Assembly: GCA_937863565.1 (NCBI GenBank)
Contig: CALMGJ010000029.1
Span: 74,991-119,390, forward strand
Origin: an uncultured bacterium
GTDB taxonomy: Bacteria; AUK180
Length of the DNA stretch: 44,400 nt
Direction of reading: 5' to 3'
Shown: positions 7,150 through 16,563 of the stretch, one piece after another
Layout of the letters: the number at the start of each line of letters is the position of its first letter
Position numbering within the stretch: the first letter of the stretch is position 1
Made by a program: the position numbers and the translations under genes
Notes under the pieces: model-generated
What the model was told of the DNA's origin: nothing
The model's database searches: none
The model's input: only the letters and a program-made list of their open reading frames with translations

Positions 7150-8961
7150 CTACCTCTTCATTTCTTTTTCGTTTAAATACAGCAGTTCGTACTCGTATTT
7201 CATTACAGGTTCTCCGTCCACGATGGCGGAGAAGGAGGGAAAATACTCCTTATAAATGCTCATGCCGGTCTTGTACAGCGCATTTGAATTCTCCATTCTG
7301 CTCAGTTTCACGATCGCACGGGCAAAATTCGGTTCCAGTTCTACGGCTTTCTTCAGGTATTCCTTGGCTTTGGCCTTTTCCCCCGTTTTAAGCATGATCT
7401 CCGCAGCGAATTCATAATGGAATACATTAAAGGGATCGTGTTCGAGAAGCTGGCCGATCTGTTCGTACAGGTCGTTCTTCAGATTCTCGTCCGAAGCGAA
7501 TTGAGAAAGGAAATTGATCAGGTCCTTTCTTGCCTCGAATTTGTACGGGTTCCTTGCTATAGTGAGAGTCAGTTTATCAATATACCTTTTCAGTATTTCG
7601 GGATCCTTACTTTTATTGTACCTGAGTGCAAGGCGGTGCGCCTTGAGGAAGCTCAGCCTGTAGGAAAGGGTCACATTCTCGAGTATGACATTATACCTGT
7701 TCTTGAAAAGGTAGATCGTTTCATTCTGAAACAGAAGTCCCCAGCCCAGAAGCACGGTAACGGCAAGCCAGAGGATCGCCATGGGGATTCCCCTTACCTC
7801 TTTTTTTACTACAGGATTAAATTTCAGAGAGCCTATTACCACGAGCGCAAAAGGGAACATTATCCCGGGGATGGCCAGAGAGTCATTGAAGAGATTGTGG
7901 AACAGGATGCCCAATATCCCGAAAACCTCCTCTTTGGGTCTATAATACCTCGAGATAACAATACAGGCGAAGGCAAGGATCAGCATTCCTGCCAGGCCGA
8001 TCTCGTTGAGGCCAGTCAAATAGATATTATGGGCGCTCTCAGCCCTTCTCGAGAATTTAGCGAAATAATCCCTTGACGGTTCCCTGTACCTTGAGATCGC
8101 GTATCTGTAATTCGATAACCCCGCACCAAAAACAGGTCTTTCACCGAAGAGTTTTACCGAAGATCTCCATATGCCGGCGCGTTCCCAGAGGAACGGGTCC
8201 TTCTTCACTCCCTGTACCATCTTTTCCTTAAGCGGATTATTGACGAAGAAAAGGATGACTATGGCCATCAGGGCTATAAGAACGGGTATATGGAAGTTCC
8301 TGGAGAACACGGCGAAAAGGATCACTGCGAAGATCAGCGATATAAAAGCGCCTCTCGAGGCGGTGAAGATGATCAGCACGAATATCACGGCCAGGGAAAA
8401 GAAGATGCATACTTTAAGCGTTCTTTTGAAATACTTGATAAGGGAGACCCCGCAAAAAAAAGTAAGTATGAAGTAATCGCCGAGAATGTCCGGAGCGAAA
8501 TAGCTGCCCGTTATCCTGCTTTTATTAAAGAGGTCCAGAACGCAGAATACGATCTGCAGAAGGCCGAGGACGAATATGATCAGGTTCACGTAATATCTGT
8601 CCGGTTCGATCTGCATTAGAGCGACGAGAGCTCCTATGAAAAGCGCATAATAGAGGAAGGAGTTCAGGGCATTATTTTTCACCTCTGCCATATTGACGGC
8701 ATTCACGGCAAGATATATGACGAGAAGCACCAGAAGAAGGAAAAACAGGTTAAGAAAACCCGTTGTGAAAAGGAGACCTTTCTTCCTTAGAAAAGCGATG
8801 ATCCATAACGAGTATATACCAAGTATGACAGAGAAGATATACTTCCCGGAAAAATCCGCCGACCCGTAGAAAAGCTGACTGAGAAGAACGATGAACGGCA
8901 AAGCGAGCGAAATGATCTTCTCTTCTTCGAATAATCTGCCGTTCAATCCGGGTAACTTCAA
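7150..8961 (-). CDS. O-antigen ligase family (Wzy_C) membrane protein with C-terminal TPR
   Basis: Many TM helices; TASRGA, ERAGIW, FGAGLSNY, AHNIYL; TPR-like AKEYLKKAVELEP. Confidence 0.85.
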   Translation of the reverse strand: MKLPGLNGRLFEEEKIISLALPFIVLLSQLFYGSADFSGKYIFSVILGIYSLWIIAFLRKKGLLFTTGFLNLFFLLLVLLVIYLAVNAVNMAEVKNNALNSFLYYALFIGALVALMQIEPDRYYVNLIIFVLGLLQIVFCVLDLFNKSRITGSYFAPDILGDYFILTFFCGVSLIKYFKRTLKVCIFFSLAVIFVLIIFTASRGAFISLIFAVILFAVFSRNFHIPVLIALMAIVILFFVNNPLKEKMVQGVKKDPFLWERAGIWRSSVKLFGERPVFGAGLSNYRYAISRYREPSRDYFAKFSRRAESAHNIYLTGLNEIGLAGMLILAFACIVISRYYRPKEEVFGILGILFHNLFNDSLAIPGIMFPFALVVIGSLKFNPVVKKEVRGIPMAILWLAVTVLLGWGLLFQNETIYLFKNRYNVILENVTLSYRLSFLKAHRLALRYNKSKDPEILKRYIDKLTLTIARNPYKFEARKDLINFLSQFASDENLKNDLYEQIGQLLEHDPFNVFHYEFAAEIMLKTGEKAKAKEYLKKAVELEPNFARAIVKLSRMENSNALYKTGMSIYKEYFPSFSAIVDGEPVMKYEYELLYLNEKEMKR

Positions 8962-8962
8962 A

Positions 8963-10366
8963 TCAGATACCCATCTCCTCTCTTTTCCTGAGTATCAGAT
9001 CGTTAAGCTCTCCAACCCTGGCCTGCTGGCCTTCCCAGTAATCCTGCTTCAATTGTGCATTCAATTCCTCAACGGTCTTCCCCTGCTGTTCAACCCAAGT
9101 GTAGTATTTAAGATTATGCCACCTTTTCCTCGTGAGATATGTGCCTTCCTGGAACCAATCGGTTTTCACGCCGAGAAAGAGATGTTTGAACCTGTAATAG
9201 ACCTCTTTCTCGTTCAGTTCGCCGAATTGCCTGTTCAGGTCCTCCATTACCGAGCCGTACCTGTCAATGGCATCGGTTGCGACTGTTACTACAACATCGT
9301 TCTCGTCCATATCGTAATACTTTGCCGTTTTAATGGCGGAATAGAGATTGCAAACACCTGAAATACCTAAGATCCCCGACATCATTTTCGCATCTTCCTT
9401 TGAGATCCCGTTCGCAGTGAGGAACTTAACGCCTTCAGGGTCGGTCAGCAGTTGAAGCCCGAGTTTCGATTCCATGTCGTCGACGGCAACCATCGCGTCC
9501 ATGTTCATCACATTATGTATCCATGTCACATGTTTGTCACCGATACCCTGGATATCATGCCCTCCGTATCCGTTGATCATGACCGTCGGGCACTGTATGG
9601 GTTCGCTGCCGATGCTTTTCGCTTTCGGGAAGACCTGTTTGATCCTGTCTGCGGCCGCGATCGTGCCGGCGGAGCCCATCGAGGAAACGAATGCGGAGAT
9701 CTCCCCTTTCCCTACGCCCTTCTTTTTAAGCACATCGGCAAGTTCCACGACAGTATTGCCGGTAACATAGTAGTGAAATCTGTAATTGCCGAAAGCCTCG
9801 AACTGATTGATGACCCTTATATTCTCCGGATCGGCGGCCTTCAATTCCTTGGATTTGTCATATATTTCCTTAACATTGCTTTCGCATCCCGGAGTCCTGA
9901 TCACCTTGCCTCCGTACGATTCTATCTTCTTGAACCTTTCCTCGCTCATCATTTCCGGAAGGATCACTATACATTCGAAATTCATCCTGCATCCGACCCA
10001 GGAGCCGCCTATGCCGTAATTGCCCGTAGAAGGCCAGACGATCCTGTGTTTTCCGGGTTCTACATCCTTGAACAGTTCCTCATCTACTAAAGAAGCGTAC
10101 GAAGCGCCGACCTTGTGAGAACCGGTGGGGAAATCCTTGGAATACAGCATCACGATATTCGCTTTAACGCCTGTCAGCGCTTTCGGAACGACAAAATAAT
10201 AGATCTCGTTCTTCTCGTTCTTCCAGGAGATATTGAAAAGGTTGATCGGGTCCAGCGGATCTTCTTTCTTCATCTTCAATGCTTTCGTCCTGATCTTTTC
10301 CGGTATTTTTTCAGGATGCAGCATTTCTTCAAACGTAGGTCCTACAACAAGCTTTTTCATTTTCAT
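8963..10366 (-). CDS. PLP-dependent fold-type II enzyme (cysteine synthase/threonine synthase-like family)
   Basis: FPTGSHKVG (PLP lysine), STGNYG, GSAGT, IQGIG. Start moved to ATG 10366, which follows an AGAGGAG SD. Confidence 0.85.
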   Translation of the reverse strand: MKMKKLVVGPTFEEMLHPEKIPEKIRTKALKMKKEDPLDPINLFNISWKNEKNEIYYFVVPKALTGVKANIVMLYSKDFPTGSHKVGASYASLVDEELFKDVEPGKHRIVWPSTGNYGIGGSWVGCRMNFECIVILPEMMSEERFKKIESYGGKVIRTPGCESNVKEIYDKSKELKAADPENIRVINQFEAFGNYRFHYYVTGNTVVELADVLKKKGVGKGEISAFVSSMGSAGTIAAADRIKQVFPKAKSIGSEPIQCPTVMINGYGGHDIQGIGDKHVTWIHNVMNMDAMVAVDDMESKLGLQLLTDPEGVKFLTANGISKEDAKMMSGILGISGVCNLYSAIKTAKYYDMDENDVVVTVATDAIDRYGSVMEDLNRQFGELNEKEVYYRFKHLFLGVKTDWFQEGTYLTRKRWHNLKYYTWVEQQGKTVEELNAQLKQDYWEGQQARVGELNDLILRKREEMGI

Positions 10367-10373
10367 TACTCCT

Positions 10374-12161
10374 CTATTTCCCGCAGACGGAGTTAATGAT
10401 CTCCGCAGCAACATTATTCTTCTCAAGGAACGCTTTTCGCGCGGTATTGATCGAATTCACCCATTTGGAATATTCCTCCATCCTGCCGTTTTTTTCATAG
10501 AATACCTTCGGATAGAGGATCTCTGCAGGTACTGCCTTCATAAGTTCGCTGTTCTCCGGCGCCGCGATATCGGGAATCAAATATCCGAAATCCGGGTCAG
10601 ATGTCCATTTGATCTTATCCTCGACCAAAGCTTCCAGCATGGCCGATGAGTGACGTATCTTGACTTTGAGGGCTTTGCCGGCCTCGACATCGCGGGAGTC
10701 GCCGCCGATGAACCCTGTGTTCATCATCCATGTAATGACATCCGGCATTGTGGCGACAAGCTCTTTAAACCTGATCGCCTGAAGTTCCATTCTTCTCGGG
10801 AAGAAGGGCTGGGTGAACGGGGAGCGCGTTTTCCCCCTTTCCTTTCCGGCAGCGGAGGTTTTAGATGTCTCTCCCAGCATAAAATATCCCGCAGCCTGTT
10901 CGGGTGATACGAACTTGATGATGCCCGGTGTCGCGGCATCGGCACCCTCGTCCCTGTTTAATATACCCATGAACCTGACATCGGGGATCTTATGAAGGTC
11001 CGCTGCATCCTTTATCGCATGCATTGGGATAATCGACCTGCCGTTCTGTGTCCACACCACGAAATCCCAACCGTCTTTGGGAACTCCGTTACCGTCCAGG
11101 ACCTCCTTTATGCTCACTTCCCTGTTTATGAACGCATCGATGTTCTTTTCGTCGGCACCCGTAAAAATGAGAACATCTTTGTATTTCTTCACTTCGTCAA
11201 TGGTCAAAAGCTCTTTGGAAAAATCATATCCGCCGGACGGGTCCTGATAGACGTTCTCCACCCAGGCGTCTTTGTTCACTGTACCGTCATAGATGATCGG
11301 TTCGGATTCGGGCGTGAGACCGAAGGTCTTGGCAAAACATCCGTTTTCCGTTATCGATATCTTGCCTCCCGCCCACAGAGTGACCATGTCGTCCTGAATG
11401 GGCTGGGTCAATTCACCCTGTTTGGAAAACGTTGTTGTGGTCTTGCCGGTACCGGACAAGCCTTTAATGGTCATGGAGAATGTATTGCCTTTCACTTTAA
11501 CGAGTTTTGCACCGGCATGGAGAACGAGGCCGCCGCGCTGGTACATGTACTCGCAGAACATCCTCAGTCCGCCCTTTTTACTTTCGCCGAAATAGTCGGG
11601 GCCGATCACATAAGTGGTGAAATTGTAGATATCCACTATGATGCCCTGGTCTCCCGGCAGGCCTTTGGCAGGGCATTCCGCTGTGTATACGAGCCTCATT
11701 TCCGGTTTGAACGGCTCCTTTAATCGTTCCGGGCTCTCTACATCACTGCGCGGGAAAAGGAGCACTTTCTGCATCCCCGCGATATTTGCGCCATCCGGCG
11801 TATAAAGGAACTGAATTGGTACGGCCTGTTCGCCGAGGCCTATATAGCCCTGTATCTCGATCAGCGTGCCGCACTTCTCAATATAATCCCTCTGCAGGTC
11901 CAAGTACTTGGCGGCATTCTCTCCGGCTATTATATTCGAAGAGAAATCGGCGGAGTTCTTGGGATCTTCGATTATATAGGTCCTGTTCGCCATCCTTGCC
12001 TTGTTGCGGGTTATCTTATTAAGATTCCCGTACTTGGAAACAAGAACGTTCTTAGAGTGTTTGAGAGCAAGCTCCCTCAGCTCATCCTGAGAAGGGTCTG
12101 TCAGGTATTTTACGCGATAAGGATGAAGATCATCCGCAGGTTTTCTTATGTTAGCGGCCAT
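10374..12161 (-). CDS. pckA: Phosphoenolpyruvate carboxykinase (ATP), divergent
   Basis: YFGESKKG, LHAG, GLSGTGKTT, QDD, ENGCFAKT, NTG. Start at ATG 12161 after GGAGG. Confidence 0.85.
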   Translation of the reverse strand: MAANIRKPADDLHPYRVKYLTDPSQDELRELALKHSKNVLVSKYGNLNKITRNKARMANRTYIIEDPKNSADFSSNIIAGENAAKYLDLQRDYIEKCGTLIEIQGYIGLGEQAVPIQFLYTPDGANIAGMQKVLLFPRSDVESPERLKEPFKPEMRLVYTAECPAKGLPGDQGIIVDIYNFTTYVIGPDYFGESKKGGLRMFCEYMYQRGGLVLHAGAKLVKVKGNTFSMTIKGLSGTGKTTTTFSKQGELTQPIQDDMVTLWAGGKISITENGCFAKTFGLTPESEPIIYDGTVNKDAWVENVYQDPSGGYDFSKELLTIDEVKKYKDVLIFTGADEKNIDAFINREVSIKEVLDGNGVPKDGWDFVVWTQNGRSIIPMHAIKDAADLHKIPDVRFMGILNRDEGADAATPGIIKFVSPEQAAGYFMLGETSKTSAAGKERGKTRSPFTQPFFPRRMELQAIRFKELVATMPDVITWMMNTGFIGGDSRDVEAGKALKVKIRHSSAMLEALVEDKIKWTSDPDFGYLIPDIAAPENSELMKAVPAEILYPKVFYEKNGRMEEYSKWVNSINTARKAFLEKNNVAAEIINSVCGK

Positions 12162-12290
12162 TTCCACCTCCAAATAGTTTATATTACAACTATTTTGTAT
12201 AAAATTCAAGTATGAAGGGGATCCCCGGAACTCCCCCCCTATCGTATCCGAGATCATCCGGTATCAGGCTTTTTTGTTGAACCGCCCGAT

Positions 12291-12326
12291 ATTGAATATT
12301 TCGGTAAAATTGGTATAATATTCAAT
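12291..12326 (+). promoter_or_regulatory. Leaderless sigma70 promoter of suhB operon embedded in a 10-bp inverted repeat
   Basis: TTGAAT-16 bp-TATAAT (extended TG) with ATG 5 nt later; IR arms ATTGAATATT / AATATTCAAT. Confidence 0.65.
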
Positions 12327-13110
12327 GAATAATGATTTCTTTTCGTTCTCATTGAACCTCGTCGCGGAAGCGGGCAATATCATAAAAGAGAACTTCCTGA
12401 AAAAGAAAAAGGCAAGGATGAAATCCCGGCGGGAGATACTGACCGATACTGATATAAAAGTGGAGAAAAAGATCATCAATGCCGTAAGAGCCGGATTTCC
12501 CGGAATGGCCTTTATCTCAGAAGAGACGAACCCTGATGCCGCGGACAGCGGTGAATGCGTTTATCTCGATCCTATCGACGGCACGAACAATTTCTATTAC
12601 GGGATACCTTTTGTCGCGGTTTCATTCGCATACTACAAGAAAGGCATAGGCCGGTTCGGAATCGTATACAATCCCATCCTGGACGAAATGTTCGTCGGCA
12701 TAAAAGGGAAAGGCGCTTTTCTGAACGGAGGGCGCATCAGGGTCTCGAAAACCGTCGTCGTCAGGGACGCGCTCCTTGCAACGGGTCTTCCCTATATCAG
12801 AAAGAAAAACGGCAATAATAATCTGAAGAATATCCTGAACTTCGGGCTGGCTTCCAGGGATATCAGAAGAATGGGCTCCGCTTCGCTGGACATGTGTTAT
12901 ACAGCAAAAGGCGTATTCGACGGTTACTGGGAACTTGGTCTTAAAGCTTGGGATATCGCCGCCGGAGCTGTCATCCTCAGGGAAGCCGGAGGACAATGTA
13001 CGAATTTCTTTTCTGAGAACCTTGATCTGTGCGCCGGGAATTTTCTTGCGACGAACGGCGTTCTTCATCCGGAAATGAGAAAAATACTGAAAATGGAGGG
13101 TTTGAGATGA
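12325..13110 (+). CDS. suhB: Inositol monophosphatase family protein
   Basis: SEE, LDPIDGTNNF, RRMGSASLD, WDIAAG. Confidence 0.92.
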   Translation: MNNDFFSFSLNLVAEAGNIIKENFLKKKKARMKSRREILTDTDIKVEKKIINAVRAGFPGMAFISEETNPDAADSGECVYLDPIDGTNNFYYGIPFVAVSFAYYKKGIGRFGIVYNPILDEMFVGIKGKGAFLNGGRIRVSKTVVVRDALLATGLPYIRKKNGNNNLKNILNFGLASRDIRRMGSASLDMCYTAKGVFDGYWELGLKAWDIAAGAVILREAGGQCTNFFSENLDLCAGNFLATNGVLHPEMRKILKMEGLR

Positions 13111-13754
13111 GTATATTTTATGATGGCAAAGGAGAAAGAGAGGTAAGAGAGTTGGTCAAGCAGCATTTGGATGTCGTGCGCGAATGCATCTCGAATGTTC
13201 CCATGATGATAAAAGCCCGGAAAGAGGATGAACTTCCTCCGAGAGAATACAGCTTCAAGATACACAGCAAGGAAAAGGAAGCCGACACTCTGAGAAGGAA
13301 GATACTCGCCCTTATCGAGAAGGGCGCTTTCCTGCCGACCATAAGGGGCGAACTGCTGTCTTTAATGGAACGCGTTGACGGTATCGCCAATGCGGCCGAG
13401 TCCGTCGGGGACTACTACATCCTTTTCGAACCCGACTTTTCCGAAAGCGAAAAGGAGCAGCTGCTTCAGATCTGCGATAAATCGTGCCGCTCTTACGATA
13501 AACTCGAGAAGGCCCTCTCGGCGCTTTTCGAGAACTTCAATCTCGTAGTGCCTCTTTGCACTGAAATAGAGGCCCTTGAGGAGGAAGTGGACAAGATCGA
13601 ATGGTACCTCAACAAAGAGATCTTCTCGAATAAGGATTCGCTCGCAATGAATATCCTGAAAAGGGATTTCATCAAATTGTTATGCGATATATCTGACCGC
13701 ATGGAGAATGCGAGCGACGTTATCGAGATCCTCGTGGTGAAGAGAAAGGCATAA
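13107..13754 (+). CDS. DUF47/TIGR00153 phosphate transport regulator (PhoU-like)
   Basis: EKEADTLRR, LEEEVD, ISDRMENASD; ATGA overlap with suhB; sits just upstream of pit. Confidence 0.88.
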   Translation: MSIFYDGKGEREVRELVKQHLDVVRECISNVPMMIKARKEDELPPREYSFKIHSKEKEADTLRRKILALIEKGAFLPTIRGELLSLMERVDGIANAAESVGDYYILFEPDFSESEKEQLLQICDKSCRSYDKLEKALSALFENFNLVVPLCTEIEALEEEVDKIEWYLNKEIFSNKDSLAMNILKRDFIKLLCDISDRMENASDVIEILVVKRKA

Positions 13755-13758
13755 TGCC

Positions 13759-14730
13759 ATGTTCATTCTGAAGGCCCTCGTCTCGATCGCCAAGATCTTC
13801 CCCGGGGCTTTTCTCGGGTGGGGACTTGGAGCGAACAATACGTCGAACACTTTCGGCACTGCCGTTGAGACCGGCATGGTCAAATTCCGCGATGCCGTTA
13901 TAATAACATCTGTTTTCGTTATCCTGGGAGCTTTTCTTGAAGGAGAGAAGACTTTCACGACCGTAGGAAATATTTTCCGTGATCTGAGGCCGGAATATGT
14001 CTTTTCAATTTCGCTCGGCACGGCATTGAGCGTGGCTTTCTTCACCCGGATCAAGATCCCTATCTCAACATCTCAAGCCATTGTTGGAGCAATTCTCGGA
14101 GTAGGGTTCATCTCGGGAGAGAAACTCAACCTTGCCATACTCGTTAAGATCGTGATCTGTTGGATCGCGACACCTATCGGTTCGTTCATTATCGGTTATC
14201 TCATGTATGTGCTCCTCAAATGGATCTTCTCGAAGATCAGGTATGGCATCACATTCTACAATGTCTTCATTAAGGTGGGTCTTCTCGTCGTAGGCGCTTT
14301 CGGCGCGTATTCGCTCGGGGCCAACAATGTGGGAACCGTGTCGGGTATATATTCCGAGCACATGAACATGGGGCTGTCGCCTAAAATGTGGGCTCTTATC
14401 GGGGGCATCGCCATTTCAACGGGCGTCATCACATATTCGAAGAATGTAATGGAAACCGTAGGGAAAAAGATAACCGAACTCGCACCGCTCATGGCTCTTG
14501 TTGCCGTTCTGGCGCATGCGATCACGGCATATATCTTTACTCACATTAAAGTCCCCGTTTCTACATCGCAGGCCATCGTCGGAGCCGTTGCCGGCGTGGG
14601 GGCAGTGAACGGATTAAGATATGTCAATTTCAAAGTCGTTACCGGGATCTCGATGGGATGGCTGATGACACCCGTGCTTTCTGCCGTATTTTCCTGCCTT
14701 CTCTTCCTGATACTTAAGGTGATCTTGTGA
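13759..14730 (+). CDS. pit: Inorganic phosphate transporter (PiT family)
   Basis: Two GANN motifs plus PISTSQAIVG and PVSTSQAIVG. Confidence 0.92.
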   Translation: MFILKALVSIAKIFPGAFLGWGLGANNTSNTFGTAVETGMVKFRDAVIITSVFVILGAFLEGEKTFTTVGNIFRDLRPEYVFSISLGTALSVAFFTRIKIPISTSQAIVGAILGVGFISGEKLNLAILVKIVICWIATPIGSFIIGYLMYVLLKWIFSKIRYGITFYNVFIKVGLLVVGAFGAYSLGANNVGTVSGIYSEHMNMGLSPKMWALIGGIAISTGVITYSKNVMETVGKKITELAPLMALVAVLAHAITAYIFTHIKVPVSTSQAIVGAVAGVGAVNGLRYVNFKVVTGISMGWLMTPVLSAVFSCLLFLILKVIL

Positions 14731-15509
14731 AAGATGTTCAGGACGAAAAGCCTCATTATAAGGAAAAGATCGACCTTGTCGGGATAAAGAAGCTCCTAAT
14801 CCCTGTTATCATAAAGGACCGCAGCAAGAGGACACAGCATACTTCAGCCCTCATCGAAGTATCCGTTTGCCTGTCCAAGCATAAAAGAGGCACCCATATG
14901 AGCCGCTTCACCGAGCATATCGGGTTCGCCAATACGGACCTCACTTATGAAAGCATTAAGGAAACCCTTGAATATATCAGGCAGAAGATGAATGCCGAAA
15001 GCGCATATATCAAGCTGGATTTCCCGTATTTCCTTGAAAAGAATTCCCCCGTCAGCAAATTAAAGAGCCTTTCCAGTTACAATGTCTCTTTTACAGGAGA
15101 ACTTAAGAAGAAACGATTCTATTTTAAGATGTCCGTTGAAGTACCCGTTATGACGCTATGCCCCTGCTCAAAGGAGATAAGCAAGTATTCGGCCCATAAT
15201 CAGCGCGCTTATGTTACGATCGAAGTGGATACGAACAGCTTCATTTGGATCGAGGACCTCATCGATATCGCGGAGGAATCCGGAAGCAGCCCTCTGTATA
15301 CCACATTAAAAAGACCGGATGAAAAATATGTCACCGAAAGATCGTACGACAATCCGAAATTCGTGGAGGACGTCGTACGGGAAGCCGCCATTGAACTTAA
15401 AAAATACCCCCATATCCGCAAATTCAAGGTCACTGCGGAATCTGTTGAATCCATACATAATCACTCGGCCTACGCTGTGATCGAATATGAAAAAAGCAAT
15501 AGGCATTGA
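14727..15509 (+). CDS. folE2: GTP cyclohydrolase IB
   Basis: DVQ, RGTHMSRF, TLCPCSK, AHNQR, KRPDEK, NPKFVED, ESIHNH. Confidence 0.95.
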   Translation: MKDVQDEKPHYKEKIDLVGIKKLLIPVIIKDRSKRTQHTSALIEVSVCLSKHKRGTHMSRFTEHIGFANTDLTYESIKETLEYIRQKMNAESAYIKLDFPYFLEKNSPVSKLKSLSSYNVSFTGELKKKRFYFKMSVEVPVMTLCPCSKEISKYSAHNQRAYVTIEVDTNSFIWIEDLIDIAEESGSSPLYTTLKRPDEKYVTERSYDNPKFVEDVVREAAIELKKYPHIRKFKVTAESVESIHNHSAYAVIEYEKSNRH

Positions 15510-16062
15510 TGTAGATGCCGTACTGGCGGATTCCGATCCCATTTTCATTAAAGGCCTTTCGGCACTTACCGGAAGGGAACTTGTAAGAAGGGTCGATTCC
15601 CCTTTTAAATACGAAGACGCTTTCGGCATTTCAGATGATCTGATGGAGACGTTCTGGAAGGATTTCACCGATAATGAAAAATGGCTCGATATCCCCGTGA
15701 TAAGCGGAGCTGTTGAAACAGTGGAGATGCTGAGGATGGACCACAGGATATTCATCGTTTCGGCAAGGCCGCCTTCGGTCACGGAACAGACAATGAAGTG
15801 GCTTGAGAAGAATTCCCTTCATTTCGACGAGATCGTGCTAACTGATTTCCGCGACAAATATGAGGCTGTTTCCCATATCGGGAACCTTGAGTTCTTCATC
15901 GAGGACAATCCGGATTTCGCCATACGGTTCGCACAGAACAATGTGAAAGTAATATTGTTCGATTATTCCTGGAACAGAGAACTGAAAGGTAAGAACATCT
16001 TCCGGGTCGGCGGATGGAAAGATGCTCAGAAGATCTTGTTCAATTCGAGCTTTATCAGATAA
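15487..16062 (+). CDS. HAD-superfamily 5'(3')-nucleotidase-like protein
   Basis: IDVDAVLAD, VSAR, FIEDN, LFDYSWN. Confidence 0.8.
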   Translation: MKKAIGIDVDAVLADSDPIFIKGLSALTGRELVRRVDSPFKYEDAFGISDDLMETFWKDFTDNEKWLDIPVISGAVETVEMLRMDHRIFIVSARPPSVTEQTMKWLEKNSLHFDEIVLTDFRDKYEAVSHIGNLEFFIEDNPDFAIRFAQNNVKVILFDYSWNRELKGKNIFRVGGWKDAQKILFNSSFIR

Positions 16063-16562
16063 TCCGCGAAAGAATACAGGCTCACAAGGAAAAGGACCGC
16101 ATTTAAAATGAAGATGAACATGCTTCCCGTTTCCGGTCCTTTCCAGATGACCGCAGCGGCCATTATGATGATATAAAGGATCTGTACCGTGGTTTTGAGC
16201 TTGCCTGAGAACATCGCGGGGATAACCAGATTCCGCGACGAATAGATCAATCTTATCCCCGTCACTGCAAATTCACGGAACAGAATGAAGATAATGAGCC
16301 AGGCAGGTACGACGCCCTCGCCGATGAGAAGGATCAGCGCGGAAAAGACCAGTATTTTATCCGCAAGAGGGTCGGCAAATTTTCCGAAATCGCTAATAAA
16401 ACCGTATTTTCTCGCTATATATCCGTCAAGCCAGTCTGTGGCCGAAGCCAGAATAAAAACGGCATATGCAGCGGGTTTCAGATCGATCTCCCAGAGAAGA
16501 ACAAAAACGGCGGCAAGCGCAATGCGTGCGGATGTAAGTGCGTTCGGAACCCATTTTTTCAT
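16026..16562 (-). CDS. pgsA: CDP-diacylglycerol--glycerol-3-phosphate 3-phosphatidyltransferase
   Basis: PNALT, DWLDGYIAR...GKFADPLADK, RE, GKLKT. Confidence 0.93.
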   Translation of the reverse strand: MKKWVPNALTSARIALAAVFVLLWEIDLKPAAYAVFILASATDWLDGYIARKYGFISDFGKFADPLADKILVFSALILLIGEGVVPAWLIIFILFREFAVTGIRLIYSSRNLVIPAMFSGKLKTTVQILYIIIMAAAVIWKGPETGSMFIFILNAVLFLVSLYSFADYLIKLELNKIF

Positions 16563-16563
16563 G

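Noticed and set aside
12210-12275. GC-rich segment upstream of pckA as a possible riboswitch, with weak similarity (GTATCCGA..TCAT..CCGG) to 34801-34830
   Set aside because: No known aptamer motif is recognisable, and the similarity is too short and gapped to distinguish from chance.
16026-16062. 37-bp convergent overlap of the nucleotidase and pgsA
   Set aside because: Short tail-to-tail overlaps are common in compact genomes.
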